Shown here in pieces: positions 19,647 through 30,073 of a stretch of 64,000 nt of DNA. Location: IMG/VR virus record IMGVR_UViG_3300027708_000019; one strand, 5' to 3'. Numbering within the stretch: position 1 is the first letter of the stretch; the number at the start of each line of letters is the position of its first letter. Below the pieces are notes generated by a model. That model was not told where the DNA came from. It made no database searches and saw only the letters and a program-made list of their open reading frames with translations. The stretch comes from a virus. Both the position numbers and the translations under genes were made by a program.

Positions 19647-20321
19647 TTACTGAATATTTAGGTATTCGGCACGCTGTTGATATTTTCTATCCCAGCGTAG
19701 GATTTCCTTGTAGAGATACTTGAGAGGATAGTCAAATCCGTCAAACGACTTCTTGATTGCCTTCAATGTAGGTGAGTAGCGTCCTATGCGTTTAGCACGG
19801 AGCATTTCGTGAACTGGTTTTTTGAGATTAACTGATCTCATTTCCATAAGAATACAGTGAGAATATGCTTGTATCTCACACCAAGCAGCATAGTATTCTC
19901 TATCCTCTTGTTTGTCTGGGTCGTTGCTTTCTCTATGTAGCAACACAAACTCATACTCATTTTCATGGAAAGACCACTGCATGTGGTGAATATACTCATG
20001 CATCATGGTGATAATAATTTCAAATTTGAACTTGTCCCATTCTGCGTTGGTGAAGATTCGTGGACGAACTGTAAAGACTTGAATCTTTTCTTCGTCAAAG
20101 GCAAACTCGCCTGATACAGTAAAGTCCGAATTTTTGGATCTTTCTGTATACAGGGTTGTTTTATAGTAGCGTGCTAGATAACGCTTCAGATTGATTCCGA
20201 GATAGTCATCTCGGTATTTGTCCAACTTGCGCCACAGCTGTGATGGAACAAGTTTGGGCAAATCTACATTCAACAGTTCGGTAAAATTACCATTATAATT
20301 GCTTAAGAATTGCCCTTTCAT
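19647..20321 (-). CDS. HExxH zinc-metallopeptidase-like protein
   Basis: MMHEYIHH plus downstream EIQAY; own consensus promoter at 20342-20370. Confidence 0.55.
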   Translation of the reverse strand: MKGQFLSNYNGNFTELLNVDLPKLVPSQLWRKLDKYRDDYLGINLKRYLARYYKTTLYTERSKNSDFTVSGEFAFDEEKIQVFTVRPRIFTNAEWDKFKFEIIITMMHEYIHHMQWSFHENEYEFVLLHRESNDPDKQEDREYYAAWCEIQAYSHCILMEMRSVNLKKPVHEMLRAKRIGRYSPTLKAIKKSFDGFDYPLKYLYKEILRWDRKYQQRAEYLNIQ

Positions 20322-20341
20322 TTTCTGTCTCCTAAAGCATT

Positions 20342-20370
20342 ATTATACTATAAAATACAGGAAATGTCAA
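20342..20370 (-). promoter_or_regulatory. Sigma70 early promoter
   Basis: TTGACA-17-TATAAT perfect. Confidence 0.8.
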
Positions 20371-20371
20371 G

Positions 20372-21721
20372 CTACCCGAAGAACTCGTCCAGTCCTTGGG
20401 TTGTTGGTGCTTCGAAATGTTCATCGAACATATTTCTTGCATTTCTGGGGATATTTGGATCATAATTCGACTTCGTCTTGAGTTCGTTTAGGAAACCTGT
20501 AGTTCTACCCATAGCCAAGTCGATGTAGTGCTGAGCAACTACTTTTCGATCAAATTGTTTAATCAATTCGTAGTTATTTAGCTGAATCTGTCTGTAGTCT
20601 TGTTCGCGCATGAAACAATAGTTAGCGATCGCTTCGCCATATTCTTTTGGTGTAAAATCCTTTTTGAGCATACAGTAGTTAACACCTGCCTTCAAAACAG
20701 TTCCCATACCCTCATCGTTGTTGGAAACCCCATAATTTACAGCGATGGGCACAGTCCCGATGCGCATAGCATCAATGACAACCCTATTGAAATGCTCACC
20801 AAAAGTGTTAGACCAGCTAGGATCAACAAGAAATTTAGAAGTTGCCAAAATTTCGTCACGTTTTGCTCCAGAAATAAAACCAAGATATTGAAAATTGCCT
20901 GAATTTTCAGCATTCTCCCAAATACGTTTACCTTCTCTATCTGGTGTAACATCTGGATCATACTGAGAAGTCGCAAAATATTCTTCTTTACATTTATCTT
21001 TGGACATCATATATGCTGCTTCAATACCATATCCACCAACCAGTGTTTTTACATCTTTCATGTAAGGAACAGCACGAACCAAATCATCGACACGTTTCCA
21101 ACGCTTAAATGTTTGGATAGATAAAATCTTATTTTCACGCTGATTGAATGGTGGTGTTTCAGGAATACCAGCAATGTCTTGTGGGTTTAAAATCAAGGCA
21201 CGTGGTACGTCCATAAAATCAGCTGAGTCATATGCTGCTGGATGTACACAAGCCAAACCAGCAAAGTGTTTCTCAAACAAAACAATCCAAGGATATAACT
21301 TTTTAAGATTAGCATCATGAATAATTGGAACCTGCTTTGATGTAATTTGTTCAATCATCGGCAGCCATTCTAGATACTGCTCAGTGTCTTTATTTTTAAA
21401 ACCAAAAATAGACTGCCAAATAACCAAGTCGTGTTTGTTAGCATCTTCAACAAACTGATCAATAGACTCTTTAACTTTATACGAATAGTATGGAGCAATC
21501 CAGCCATCGCCTTGATGAACAGGATAACCTGTACCGATACCAATTTCGTAGCCTTCTTTTAACTCAGAAGGAATTTCAACTGGCTTCACTTGTTTATTTG
21601 GTTTAAGATAAGCAAATGTTACCTCATGACCAATTTCTTTCAATCCTGCTACGAGATGTTCACAGTGATTGATAATACCTCCAAAGTTGTTGAAGGTGTG
21701 CATTACCATCATAATCTTCAT
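20372..21721 (-). CDS. GT-B fold (GT4-like) glycosyltransferase, probable DNA glycosyltransferase
   Basis: MKIMMV...FGGI..H, KRWKRVDDLVRA, EHFNRVVIDAM..G..PI motifs; C-terminal LDEFFG. Confidence 0.75.
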   Translation of the reverse strand: MKIMMVMHTFNNFGGIINHCEHLVAGLKEIGHEVTFAYLKPNKQVKPVEIPSELKEGYEIGIGTGYPVHQGDGWIAPYYSYKVKESIDQFVEDANKHDLVIWQSIFGFKNKDTEQYLEWLPMIEQITSKQVPIIHDANLKKLYPWIVLFEKHFAGLACVHPAAYDSADFMDVPRALILNPQDIAGIPETPPFNQRENKILSIQTFKRWKRVDDLVRAVPYMKDVKTLVGGYGIEAAYMMSKDKCKEEYFATSQYDPDVTPDREGKRIWENAENSGNFQYLGFISGAKRDEILATSKFLVDPSWSNTFGEHFNRVVIDAMRIGTVPIAVNYGVSNNDEGMGTVLKAGVNYCMLKKDFTPKEYGEAIANYCFMREQDYRQIQLNNYELIKQFDRKVVAQHYIDLAMGRTTGFLNELKTKSNYDPNIPRNARNMFDEHFEAPTTQGLDEFFG

Positions 21722-21903
21722 AGTGTTTTCCTTAGTTCATAACTTTTATGTTGTTGTTCAAGCCACTCTTGTGCTTCTATTTCGCTGTCAAAATATGGAC
21801 TCACCAAATTACGATAAGTTCTATTGATCCAAAAATAAGTATAGGTGTGCATACCAACGTCCCTATACTTAATTAGTTCCATGCCATCAAGTCCAGAGTC
21901 CAT
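21718..21903 (-). CDS. Hypothetical protein
   Basis: Coupled ORF with VSPYFDSEIEAQEW motif. Confidence 0.45.
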   Translation of the reverse strand: MDSGLDGMELIKYRDVGMHTYTYFWINRTYRNLVSPYFDSEIEAQEWLEQQHKSYELRKTL

Positions 21904-22735
21904 GGCGCACCTTGATAAGTCGTATCATCATTTCTTCGTCTTCAGTCTCATACGCTTGTTCAATTTTATGACACTCATCAAGCATTTTAGAAACTCTTTC
22001 TTTTTCTTCTGGTGTTTTTTCTTCACGACCCATAAAGCCATATGGTTCGCCATCTTCATCGCGATCGTTTCTACGCTCATCGCAGTAAGCAGACCATCCT
22101 GATGCTTCGTGAGGATCAACACGTTTTGGTCTTTCAATTGTCCACCAATTATATAGATCTAGAATTTCTTGTGCTTTAATTGCTTGGTGAGTTGGTTTAC
22201 CATAATCAGGACTATCTTTCTCTACCCACTGTTCATCATGAACCAACTTACGTTGCCATTCTAAATTAGCAAGACCACATTCAGGTTTGCGCCATGTGCG
22301 CCAGCGGAACCATCCCCAAGCCCACCATGGTGCAACAAATTTCTTACGAGCATCTTCATCCCATGCTACATGCCACCATGCTAATTCAATTTCAACAAAA
22401 TCGACAAGTTCATTAAACAAACAAGGAAGAAACCTATTACCCACGTCACACCAACTACCAGGACTGATATCACGAGCATGGGCAGTAAGAGAATGAGTGC
22501 GAGTAACAAATCTATTGTTAATATAATATTTGAGAGCATAAAGTTTGTCCACTGGATAAAAGATTGTTTTTTGAATAATATCAAGTCCTTCTTCTGCCAA
22601 CCAGTAGCGGAAAGGATGTGACTTTTTTGCTTGCTTGTTCCATTTGTGCCAACCTTCGCTGGTTTCAGCAGTTGGTTTCATTGTGCCACGAAGCCAGTCG
22701 GCAAACTTAGAACATGTCCAATAATTGTTTCTCAT
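21887..22735 (-). CDS. Conserved Trp-rich phage hypothetical protein
   Basis: SD GGAG and consensus promoter at 22753-22781. Confidence 0.6.
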   Translation of the reverse strand: MRNNYWTCSKFADWLRGTMKPTAETSEGWHKWNKQAKKSHPFRYWLAEEGLDIIQKTIFYPVDKLYALKYYINNRFVTRTHSLTAHARDISPGSWCDVGNRFLPCLFNELVDFVEIELAWWHVAWDEDARKKFVAPWWAWGWFRWRTWRKPECGLANLEWQRKLVHDEQWVEKDSPDYGKPTHQAIKAQEILDLYNWWTIERPKRVDPHEASGWSAYCDERRNDRDEDGEPYGFMGREEKTPEEKERVSKMLDECHKIEQAYETEDEEMMIRLIKVRHGLWT

Positions 22736-22777
22736 AATTACTCCAAAAGTATATTATACTATGTATTTGAGTTTTTG

Positions 22778-24100
22778 TCAAGCAAAGAATTCATCTAAGT
22801 CAGCGTTATTTGCTGCTGGGTGATACTTAGCAACCATCGCATCGCCATTTGGTTGTTTACGAAGATAGTCATACCATTCTTCATCATCCCACATTCCTGG
22901 ACTTACGCCATTCCAAAGTTTCTTCCACAACTTATGTTCTTTATTTAGACGACGTGATTCAACATACTCATAACGAGCATTCTCATATTCCCAACTACCA
23001 AGTTGCATCATATTTTCACGAAGATAAACAACAAGAGAAATACGCTCTGAACCTTCTTCACAAACAATCGGTGTGTTACCATGGATGACTTCATGATTGT
23101 TTACCAATAACAAATCTCCTGGACGAACATTAACAGCAGTGCGAATCTCTGGGAAAATTAAATAACCACCTGTATATTTACCATCATTAGACAATGTCAA
23201 CAGATTAGACATACCTTCAGTAAAATCACCAGCATCACGATGAGCAGCTGTACGGAATGTTTTATTAACTGTTACTGTAGTAAATGGTGTTGCCTCAATA
23301 ACAAATTTCTGATCAATCTTATCAGTTGCTGTTTTCTGATTAGCATAACGCTGTGGTAGTAGTGTTTTAAAACCACGTGCCAATGATTGTAGAAATGGAT
23401 ATGCCATTCTAAACTTCTCAGGATTATCTCGAGTATAAGTTGTCGCACGACCAAAAGGAATTCTAGGATAACGATCAAACCAACCTGCGATACCAGAATC
23501 AACTGGATTACCATAAGATGTTTCACTAATCATAGTCATAACTTCTTCTGTTGCTTTCGCACGTTCTTCTGGATTGAGTTTGATGATTGAATCAACCCAC
23601 TCATCGAAATTAAACTTGTTACGGAAACGTGAGATAACCCAAACATTATTTTTACCAGAACCCAATGCTTTCAAACGTGATTCTTGCGTTGGATACTTTT
23701 CTCTAATTGTGGTAATAACATCATCATCAGACAATCGAGCAAAACGAGCAGACAGCAACTCACTAATCATTTCTTCTTGATAGTTAGTAACCCACTCACG
23801 TCCTTCGCCTGTGACAGAAGTTCCTGCTTTGATACCAGAAGCAAGTCCACGATTTTCAGTACGAACTGCTGCTTCACGCAATCCAACATATGCTTGTTCC
23901 TGTTCTTCTTTGGTGAAGAAGTTCTTACGGAATTTAAAAGCGATCTTTGCTTCGCTGTGTGGATTGTCGTCTTCATGATCAGGTGGCAAATAGAAATCAG
24001 TATCTTCCTCAACCAAAAGATCATAATGAGATTCATCTACGAACATACCAAGTAAATGTTCTGAATCGTGAATTTTATCTGCTACAATAATTTTTGTCAT
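22778..24100 (-). CDS. TET/JBP-family 2OG-Fe(II) dioxygenase (5-methylpyrimidine oxygenase)
   Basis: TPFTTVTVNKTFRTAAHRDAGD (HxD), VRPGDLLL..HEVIHGNTPI (distal H), ERISLVVYLRE (2OG Arg); ATGA overlap with gp41. Confidence 0.8.
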   Translation of the reverse strand: MTKIIVADKIHDSEHLLGMFVDESHYDLLVEEDTDFYLPPDHEDDNPHSEAKIAFKFRKNFFTKEEQEQAYVGLREAAVRTENRGLASGIKAGTSVTGEGREWVTNYQEEMISELLSARFARLSDDDVITTIREKYPTQESRLKALGSGKNNVWVISRFRNKFNFDEWVDSIIKLNPEERAKATEEVMTMISETSYGNPVDSGIAGWFDRYPRIPFGRATTYTRDNPEKFRMAYPFLQSLARGFKTLLPQRYANQKTATDKIDQKFVIEATPFTTVTVNKTFRTAAHRDAGDFTEGMSNLLTLSNDGKYTGGYLIFPEIRTAVNVRPGDLLLVNNHEVIHGNTPIVCEEGSERISLVVYLRENMMQLGSWEYENARYEYVESRRLNKEHKLWKKLWNGVSPGMWDDEEWYDYLRKQPNGDAMVAKYHPAANNADLDEFFA

Positions 24101-25491
24101 ACCTTAAATCCCTCAAAATTGTTTTCTTTCATTCTTTTGCCAAACTTAGACTGATCAAACAAAGGTGTGTCATCATCAACAGTTCCCTGTCCTGCGATAT
24201 TCATTTGAGCACTCATCTCAACATCATACAATCTCATTTGCTTTCTATCAATACCAATAACAAAACGCTTGAAATAATTTGGATCTGAATAACGATTCTT
24301 CAACTGTTTTACCATAACCTGATTCATCTGATCCAACTCTTCAGTCGCAATTAACGCAACCATCAAATCAGCAGTTGCTGGCAAACCAAACGATTCTGAA
24401 GTATCCTCAAGTCCTGGATCTGTGTTAGCATATCCAGAACGAGTCGTTTGTGTTGCGGAAACAATTGGCACTTTATATTCACCAGCCAAACCACGCAACT
24501 CTTCAGCAATCGACTTAATATATGTATAAGAGTTTACATTGGCTCCCATACGAATTCTTTGAGAAGAACAAATGTTCAAGTAATCAATGTAAATAATATC
24601 TGGTTTGAAATTACGTTTCATCTTAAGTTCTTCAATCAATGCTCGGAAATGACCAGAATGAGCAGAAGAAGTTGGATATTCTTTAACAATGAATTTACCT
24701 TGTGTTTTGTTACGGACTTTCTCAAGTCTAGCATCAAATACACGTTTCTCAACCATAGGAATTGATTCAATTGACAACTCAAGTAAGTTCGCATCAATAC
24801 GCTCAGCAATCTTTTCTTCAGCCATCTCCATAGTTATGTATAATACATTTTTACCAGTCAACAAATTAGCAGCAGCAAAATGACACATCGCCAAAGATTT
24901 ACCAACACCTGTACCTGCCAAAATAATGTTGAGGGTTTTCTTACTCAAACCACCATTCGTGATTTTGTTAAGGATCTCCAAGTCGAAAGGAATTTTCTCT
25001 TCAACTCTGTGATAAAAATCATACCTCGCATCTGAGTCATCAAGATAGTCATGTCCAACATGTGAGTCGAATGTGACACCCAACGCTTTAGACAATAAAT
25101 CTGGGATCGCATCTTGTGTTCTAATCTTATCTTTACCATCAATAATTTTAATTGAATCGATAATCGCATTATAAACAGCCTTGTCTTTACAAAACTTTTC
25201 AGTAGAAGTTGTGATCCAATCAATGTGAGTTTTCTCAGAATTGGTTGAATCGAGAATCTCATTCGCAAGTCTAACTTGATCTTCAGTTACATCGGTGCGA
25301 TTTGAGATTTCAATTTTCAATACATCTTTTGTTGGTGCTTCATTATATGTGACAAAGAATTTTGTTATCTCTTCAAAAACTACTCTGTCAGTTCTATCGG
25401 TAAAATATTCTGGCTGAAGGAAAGGCATAACCTTTCTTGAATATTCTTCATGACACAATAAATTACCGAAGATTTGGTCTTCAATTCGCAT
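24097..25491 (-). CDS. gp41: Replicative DNA helicase
   Basis: AGTGVGKS Walker A, YITMEMAEE, SESFGLPATAD, KQLKNRY. Confidence 0.95.
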   Translation of the reverse strand: MRIEDQIFGNLLCHEEYSRKVMPFLQPEYFTDRTDRVVFEEITKFFVTYNEAPTKDVLKIEISNRTDVTEDQVRLANEILDSTNSEKTHIDWITTSTEKFCKDKAVYNAIIDSIKIIDGKDKIRTQDAIPDLLSKALGVTFDSHVGHDYLDDSDARYDFYHRVEEKIPFDLEILNKITNGGLSKKTLNIILAGTGVGKSLAMCHFAAANLLTGKNVLYITMEMAEEKIAERIDANLLELSIESIPMVEKRVFDARLEKVRNKTQGKFIVKEYPTSSAHSGHFRALIEELKMKRNFKPDIIYIDYLNICSSQRIRMGANVNSYTYIKSIAEELRGLAGEYKVPIVSATQTTRSGYANTDPGLEDTSESFGLPATADLMVALIATEELDQMNQVMVKQLKNRYSDPNYFKRFVIGIDRKQMRLYDVEMSAQMNIAGQGTVDDDTPLFDQSKFGKRMKENNFEGFKV

Positions 25492-26536
25492 CTACTTCTT
25501 CCTCTATCTCTTGTGGGGTATCTTCTTCACTACCATAATTATACTTGCTTTTGCAGTATTTGTCAAGTTGTTTCAAGATATCTTCGGAGAAAAATTCAGA
25601 AGGATTATTTGCGATATTTTTGCCGAACACTTTACGTCCATCGTGGACTTCAATTCGACCACCTTGGGATTTCCAAATTCCTGCCTCAATCGCAAGATCA
25701 GCAAGTCCGTGGTATCGGTCAAGACCTTTGGTAAATGAAAGTTTAGTTTCGACCATGGATTTCTCGCGAGTGAAGCGAGATTTTTCCAGTTTACATTTTA
25801 TAATATTACCAACCACTTCGGTGCCGTCTTTATCTTGCGATTTTGACAGAAACACAATAGTAGATGCTGCGTACTTAAGACCATCGCCACCACCCATAGT
25901 TTTCGTTGGCATATACGCACCAACAACAGCATAGGTATGATTAGTAACAACCATAGCAACATCCAACTTTGATAGTTTCAATGATAGAACACGAAATGCT
26001 CCACGAATTAACTGAGCACGTGTCATATCACGAGTATCTTTACCTTCAAGTGTATCTTCCATCTCTTTAGAAGTTGAGAGCATACCCAATGAATCAAGAA
26101 AGAACATCAATGGTGGACGATCTTTCTTTGGTGTTTTTTCATAAGCATCTAAAACTTTAGTAGCTTGAGTGCGGAATTCTTGAATCGTAGAAACAGGAAC
26201 AATCATGAAACGCTTGGTATCAATACCACGATCAACCAACATATCTTTGTTCAGTGCTCCTTCTGTTTCAAAGTATATAACTCCAGCCTGTTCATTAGTT
26301 CGTAGAAAATTGTTCGCAATGCCAATAGCATAAAATGTTTTTCCTGTGGAAGACTCACCAGCCAGAGCTGTAACTTTGTTGCCAGGAAGACCACCATAGA
26401 TGCTACCGCTGACAAGAGCATTAAGGGAATAAGAACCAGTGTCGATAAAACTACTAGTATCACCAACCACACCATCATCAGCAAGTCCCGCATATTCATT
26501 ATCAAGTTCCTTTACGATATTCTTTAAAAAACTCAT
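25481..26536 (-). CDS. uvsX: RecA-like recombinase
   Basis: GESSTGKT, DSLGML, DMTRA, MGGG. Confidence 0.95.
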   Translation of the reverse strand: MSFLKNIVKELDNEYAGLADDGVVGDTSSFIDTGSYSLNALVSGSIYGGLPGNKVTALAGESSTGKTFYAIGIANNFLRTNEQAGVIYFETEGALNKDMLVDRGIDTKRFMIVPVSTIQEFRTQATKVLDAYEKTPKKDRPPLMFFLDSLGMLSTSKEMEDTLEGKDTRDMTRAQLIRGAFRVLSLKLSKLDVAMVVTNHTYAVVGAYMPTKTMGGGDGLKYAASTIVFLSKSQDKDGTEVVGNIIKCKLEKSRFTREKSMVETKLSFTKGLDRYHGLADLAIEAGIWKSQGGRIEVHDGRKVFGKNIANNPSEFFSEDILKQLDKYCKSKYNYGSEEDTPQEIEEEVDAN

Positions 26537-26781
26537 TCTTGTGTCTCCTTATTTGGTACCAATTTAACTTCAGCAGTAATCATCTGTAAATATTCAGCGA
26601 TGCATACTAAACAGTAGTGTTCATCCTCAATCCCAAACTCTGGCATGTTTACACGAATCGTGTATTCACCAATCTCACCATGTTTATCACAAACAACTTT
26701 TGGTGGTGTCTTGAGATCAATTTCTTCTGTTTTTACATCTTTAAATTTGACATCTTGGATGTCTGGAAATTCTTGTGTCAT
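26533..26781 (-). CDS. Hypothetical Zn-binding protein
   Basis: CDKHG...YCLVC; SD AAGGAG; promoter TTGATT-17-TATAAT at 26802-26830. Confidence 0.55.
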   Translation of the reverse strand: MTQEFPDIQDVKFKDVKTEEIDLKTPPKVVCDKHGEIGEYTIRVNMPEFGIEDEHYCLVCIAEYLQMITAEVKLVPNKETQE

Positions 26782-26834
26782 ATTAAACTCCTTATTTCAG
26801 TATTATACTATATTCCGTATTAAAAATCAAATAA

Positions 26835-29336
26835 TTAAAAGAATTCTGCCAAGTCATTCTTTTCGTCAACAGACCAGCCAATCGAATTCATAATTGCGGA
26901 AAGTGGGTCAAGGAAAACTTTTTCAAATTGTTTTTCATAATCTACGTATTTATGTAGGTCTAACTGTTTGGGTAATGTTGTAGTAAACGCAATAACATCT
27001 TCACGAATAGTATTTGGTTCACGAAGATAGATAAATTTAATTCTATCGCCTTCACGAATCGGTTGGTATAATTCTGTTAACCCAAGTTCCTTAATGTGAT
27101 GATTGAACATCAACGCACCTCGAACATGAATCGGTGTTGATTTGCGATAAATCGAACCAGAATCAGAATACTCTTTCAAATTGTTTACGCTTCGTGGGAA
27201 TGCGATATCTTCAATCGGTAACCCATAAAACTCTTTTCTAAAATCAACAATAAATTTACGTAATTGAATCTCATCACCAGCAATCAAAATCTTCATTGAA
27301 TCTTTTAATTTACCACGAACTACCATAGGGGTTGACGACTTAACCATCTCAAGACCCATGATTTTCATTTTGGGTTCAGCATATTGAACACCCTCAGAAT
27401 TGTGTACGTTAAGAACATAACGCTTCTTCGCAGTCCACACACCCTTGTCGGCAATAACTTCACGCTTCATAATCATTTTCTGAGAGAATGCGTTTTGTCT
27501 TTGAGCCAAGTCAGAATAACACTTATCTATGTATAATTGAATTTTATCTTCACAAATCTTATCAATATATTCAACAACTTTTGTTTTATCTTTCTGTTGT
27601 TCTTTCGTGAATACTTTATCAACAAGTGGACCAAATCGTAGATATACAGAGTCAGTGTCAACAGCAATTACATAATCTTCTTTTTCAGTCTTGAGTAATT
27701 TGTTGAAGTATTCATTAAATTTCTTTTCCATCCAACGAATAGACAACTGACCACTCAACGTGATACCTTCAGACATGCGTTTGTCATAATATCGGAAATA
27801 TTGATTAGCCAACGCACCATAAGCTGAGTTCAACGCAATCTTAAGAGCCATCTGAAGATTATTCAATCGAGATATCTCATTTGTTAGAGATTCGTCTTTT
27901 GTGTTTTCATATTCTTGTTGAATCTTCAACATTTGTTTCTTTGCTTTACTGCGATTGATGTACATAGTTTCCATCAACTCAGGCAAGAAACCTTTGATGT
28001 CTTTACGGTAACACCAACCATTCGCAGTACAAGATAAATCTAAATCATGAAAACCACCAGTTTCTTCATGCTCAAGGAAATACCCAACACCACCAACGTG
28101 TTTATAACCTGCGTCCATTGTTTCAGGACTAATGTTATATTGCATAATCAAATGAGGATATAGACTGTTCAAGTCAAAAGAAACAACCCAGTTATGCATA
28201 CCAACAAGTGGTTCTTTAACATAAGCACCTTCAATAACAGAATCTTTATCATTGTGTTGTTTGTTTGGAATCACAATCTTTTTAGAACGCAAATGATTAT
28301 AGATGATTGTATCCCACATTCTAACTTGAGAGAACACATCCTCATAGTTTACCTTTGCGTTATACGCCATAACCATAGCCAATTCAATCAACTTCATCTT
28401 GTCTTCAAGTTTATCAACAAGCACAGTATCATGAATGTTATAATCAACAAACTTCTTCCATCCGTAGGTATAGAAATCTTTGAAAGTATCGTATTCAGAA
28501 TAATCTAATTTGTTTTCACCAAGTTCAACAAACGCAATGTGATCCAACTTGTATGATTCTTGCATTGAGTAAGTAAACTTTTTATACAAGTCAATATAAT
28601 CAAGAGCAGAAATACCTGCGATGTCATATGAGATTTCTTCAGATCCCTTAACATGAATCCTACGTTCGTTTATAATACCCCATGGGGATAGTTGCTTAGC
28701 ATGAGATTCGCCAAGCACATTCATAATCCTGCGTGTTAGATACGGAATATCAAAGAAGTTGATGTTCCAGCCTGTAACGATGTCGGGATAGTTTTCTTTC
28801 CAGAAGTCCAGGAAATTCATAAGAAGTGCTCGCTCACTTTCGCAGTGATGAAATCTTACTTCTCTATTTCCTGTGTATGGATTTTTACCAAAGGTATGAA
28901 TCTCTTTGGTTTTGTTGTCCATAAGTGTGATGAGAAGGATTTCCTCATTAGCAGTTTCTATGTTAGGAAATCCTTCCTCGGTTGTGGTTTCAATATCAAT
29001 AGAGAAACATTTGATTAGATCTTTATTGAATGTGATGTCAGTAGGATATGTATCTGAGATATACTGGTAAGCAAAGTTTGTGTTACCATATACCATGAAT
29101 CCTTGAACGTCTTTATAACGATCGATAAATTCTTTTGAGTCGCGAATAGATCCTGGACGAATTGAGTAAACAACCTCACCATCAAGTGTACGGAAAATTT
29201 CACCAGCATTTTTACTCTTAGATGATGCGTAGAGTGTTGGCTTGAAATCTATTTTGTCTGTATATTGTTTTCCGTTTTGATATCCACGTACACAAAGTTT
29301 GTTTCCCAGAGGGAACACATTTGTATAAAATTCCAT
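26835..29336 (-). CDS. gp43: Family B DNA polymerase
   Basis: DIET exonuclease, SFDLNSLYP, KIALNSAYG, DTDS, KKRY; uninterrupted. Confidence 0.97.
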   Translation of the reverse strand: MEFYTNVFPLGNKLCVRGYQNGKQYTDKIDFKPTLYASSKSKNAGEIFRTLDGEVVYSIRPGSIRDSKEFIDRYKDVQGFMVYGNTNFAYQYISDTYPTDITFNKDLIKCFSIDIETTTEEGFPNIETANEEILLITLMDNKTKEIHTFGKNPYTGNREVRFHHCESERALLMNFLDFWKENYPDIVTGWNINFFDIPYLTRRIMNVLGESHAKQLSPWGIINERRIHVKGSEEISYDIAGISALDYIDLYKKFTYSMQESYKLDHIAFVELGENKLDYSEYDTFKDFYTYGWKKFVDYNIHDTVLVDKLEDKMKLIELAMVMAYNAKVNYEDVFSQVRMWDTIIYNHLRSKKIVIPNKQHNDKDSVIEGAYVKEPLVGMHNWVVSFDLNSLYPHLIMQYNISPETMDAGYKHVGGVGYFLEHEETGGFHDLDLSCTANGWCYRKDIKGFLPELMETMYINRSKAKKQMLKIQQEYENTKDESLTNEISRLNNLQMALKIALNSAYGALANQYFRYYDKRMSEGITLSGQLSIRWMEKKFNEYFNKLLKTEKEDYVIAVDTDSVYLRFGPLVDKVFTKEQQKDKTKVVEYIDKICEDKIQLYIDKCYSDLAQRQNAFSQKMIMKREVIADKGVWTAKKRYVLNVHNSEGVQYAEPKMKIMGLEMVKSSTPMVVRGKLKDSMKILIAGDEIQLRKFIVDFRKEFYGLPIEDIAFPRSVNNLKEYSDSGSIYRKSTPIHVRGALMFNHHIKELGLTELYQPIREGDRIKFIYLREPNTIREDVIAFTTTLPKQLDLHKYVDYEKQFEKVFLDPLSAIMNSIGWSVDEKNDLAEFF

Positions 29337-29339
29337 TAA

Positions 29340-29909
29340 TTATTTTCCATGTACTAGTTGCATGATGTCATATGCGCAGTCATGCACAGGATGATGTTTA
29401 ATTACATTTGATCCCTTGTCGAAAGGAATTGTTAAATCACAGTAACCATTTTTTGCTGTTGTTGTTAAACAGTCTAATGCTGTTCTTACATCTCGCCATT
29501 GATTATATGGTGCGAGTAACTCTTGACCTGTGACTTTACACAAACTGTCAATCGCCATTTGATCTAGTGAACCACGTGCCCAAAATGTATTTTTACCTGG
29601 ATTTCCAATGTAATCACGAAGTCGATTGATGCCTTCGATCGCTTCTAGGTCGTCTTCCTCACTCGGAATGAAACTTACCTTGCGAACGTAGTCATGTTGA
29701 TTTGACCACCACTCAATGGTAGATTTATCAATCGTACGTTTATACTTAGCTACTTGTTCCTGCACATTAAACTTTACAAACAGTGCTTCGGAGATATAGT
29801 CATCGTAGGTTTGTGTTTTATCGTTTGGGTCAAATGCGATAATCGCAGCAGACAATACAACAGTCGTAGACTCTACACCGAGAGTCTCAATATCAAACAT
29901 ATACATCAT
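29340..29909 (-). CDS. dexA: DEDDh 3'-5' exonuclease (DexA-like)
   Basis: FDIETLG, WARG..D, RDVRT, HHPVHDCAYD. Confidence 0.8.
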   Translation of the reverse strand: MMYMFDIETLGVESTTVVLSAAIIAFDPNDKTQTYDDYISEALFVKFNVQEQVAKYKRTIDKSTIEWWSNQHDYVRKVSFIPSEEDDLEAIEGINRLRDYIGNPGKNTFWARGSLDQMAIDSLCKVTGQELLAPYNQWRDVRTALDCLTTTAKNGYCDLTIPFDKGSNVIKHHPVHDCAYDIMQLVHGK

Positions 29910-30073
29910 TTTTCGTTATCCTTATCAATTCGAATTATTCGCACTTCATCATATAGAGTGCCACGTTTCAACATATCTTCCGCTACTTGATCTGCTTCAA
30001 GCCAGTTGTCGCAATGTTCTGTTGACATTACCAAACCCTGACGATATGCGACTACTTTAAATTGTGGTACCAT
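29906..30073 (-). CDS. Small hypothetical protein (55 aa)
   Basis: Hand-translated MVPQFKVVAYRQG...; overlaps both neighbours. Confidence 0.5.
   Translation of the reverse strand: MVPQFKVVAYRQGLVMSTEHCDNWLEADQVAEDMLKRGTLYDEVRIIRIDKDNEK

Noticed and set aside
26835-29336. Intron, intein or split in gp43 or other core genes; alternative genetic code
   Set aside because: Core genes have normal lengths and are uninterrupted in the standard code
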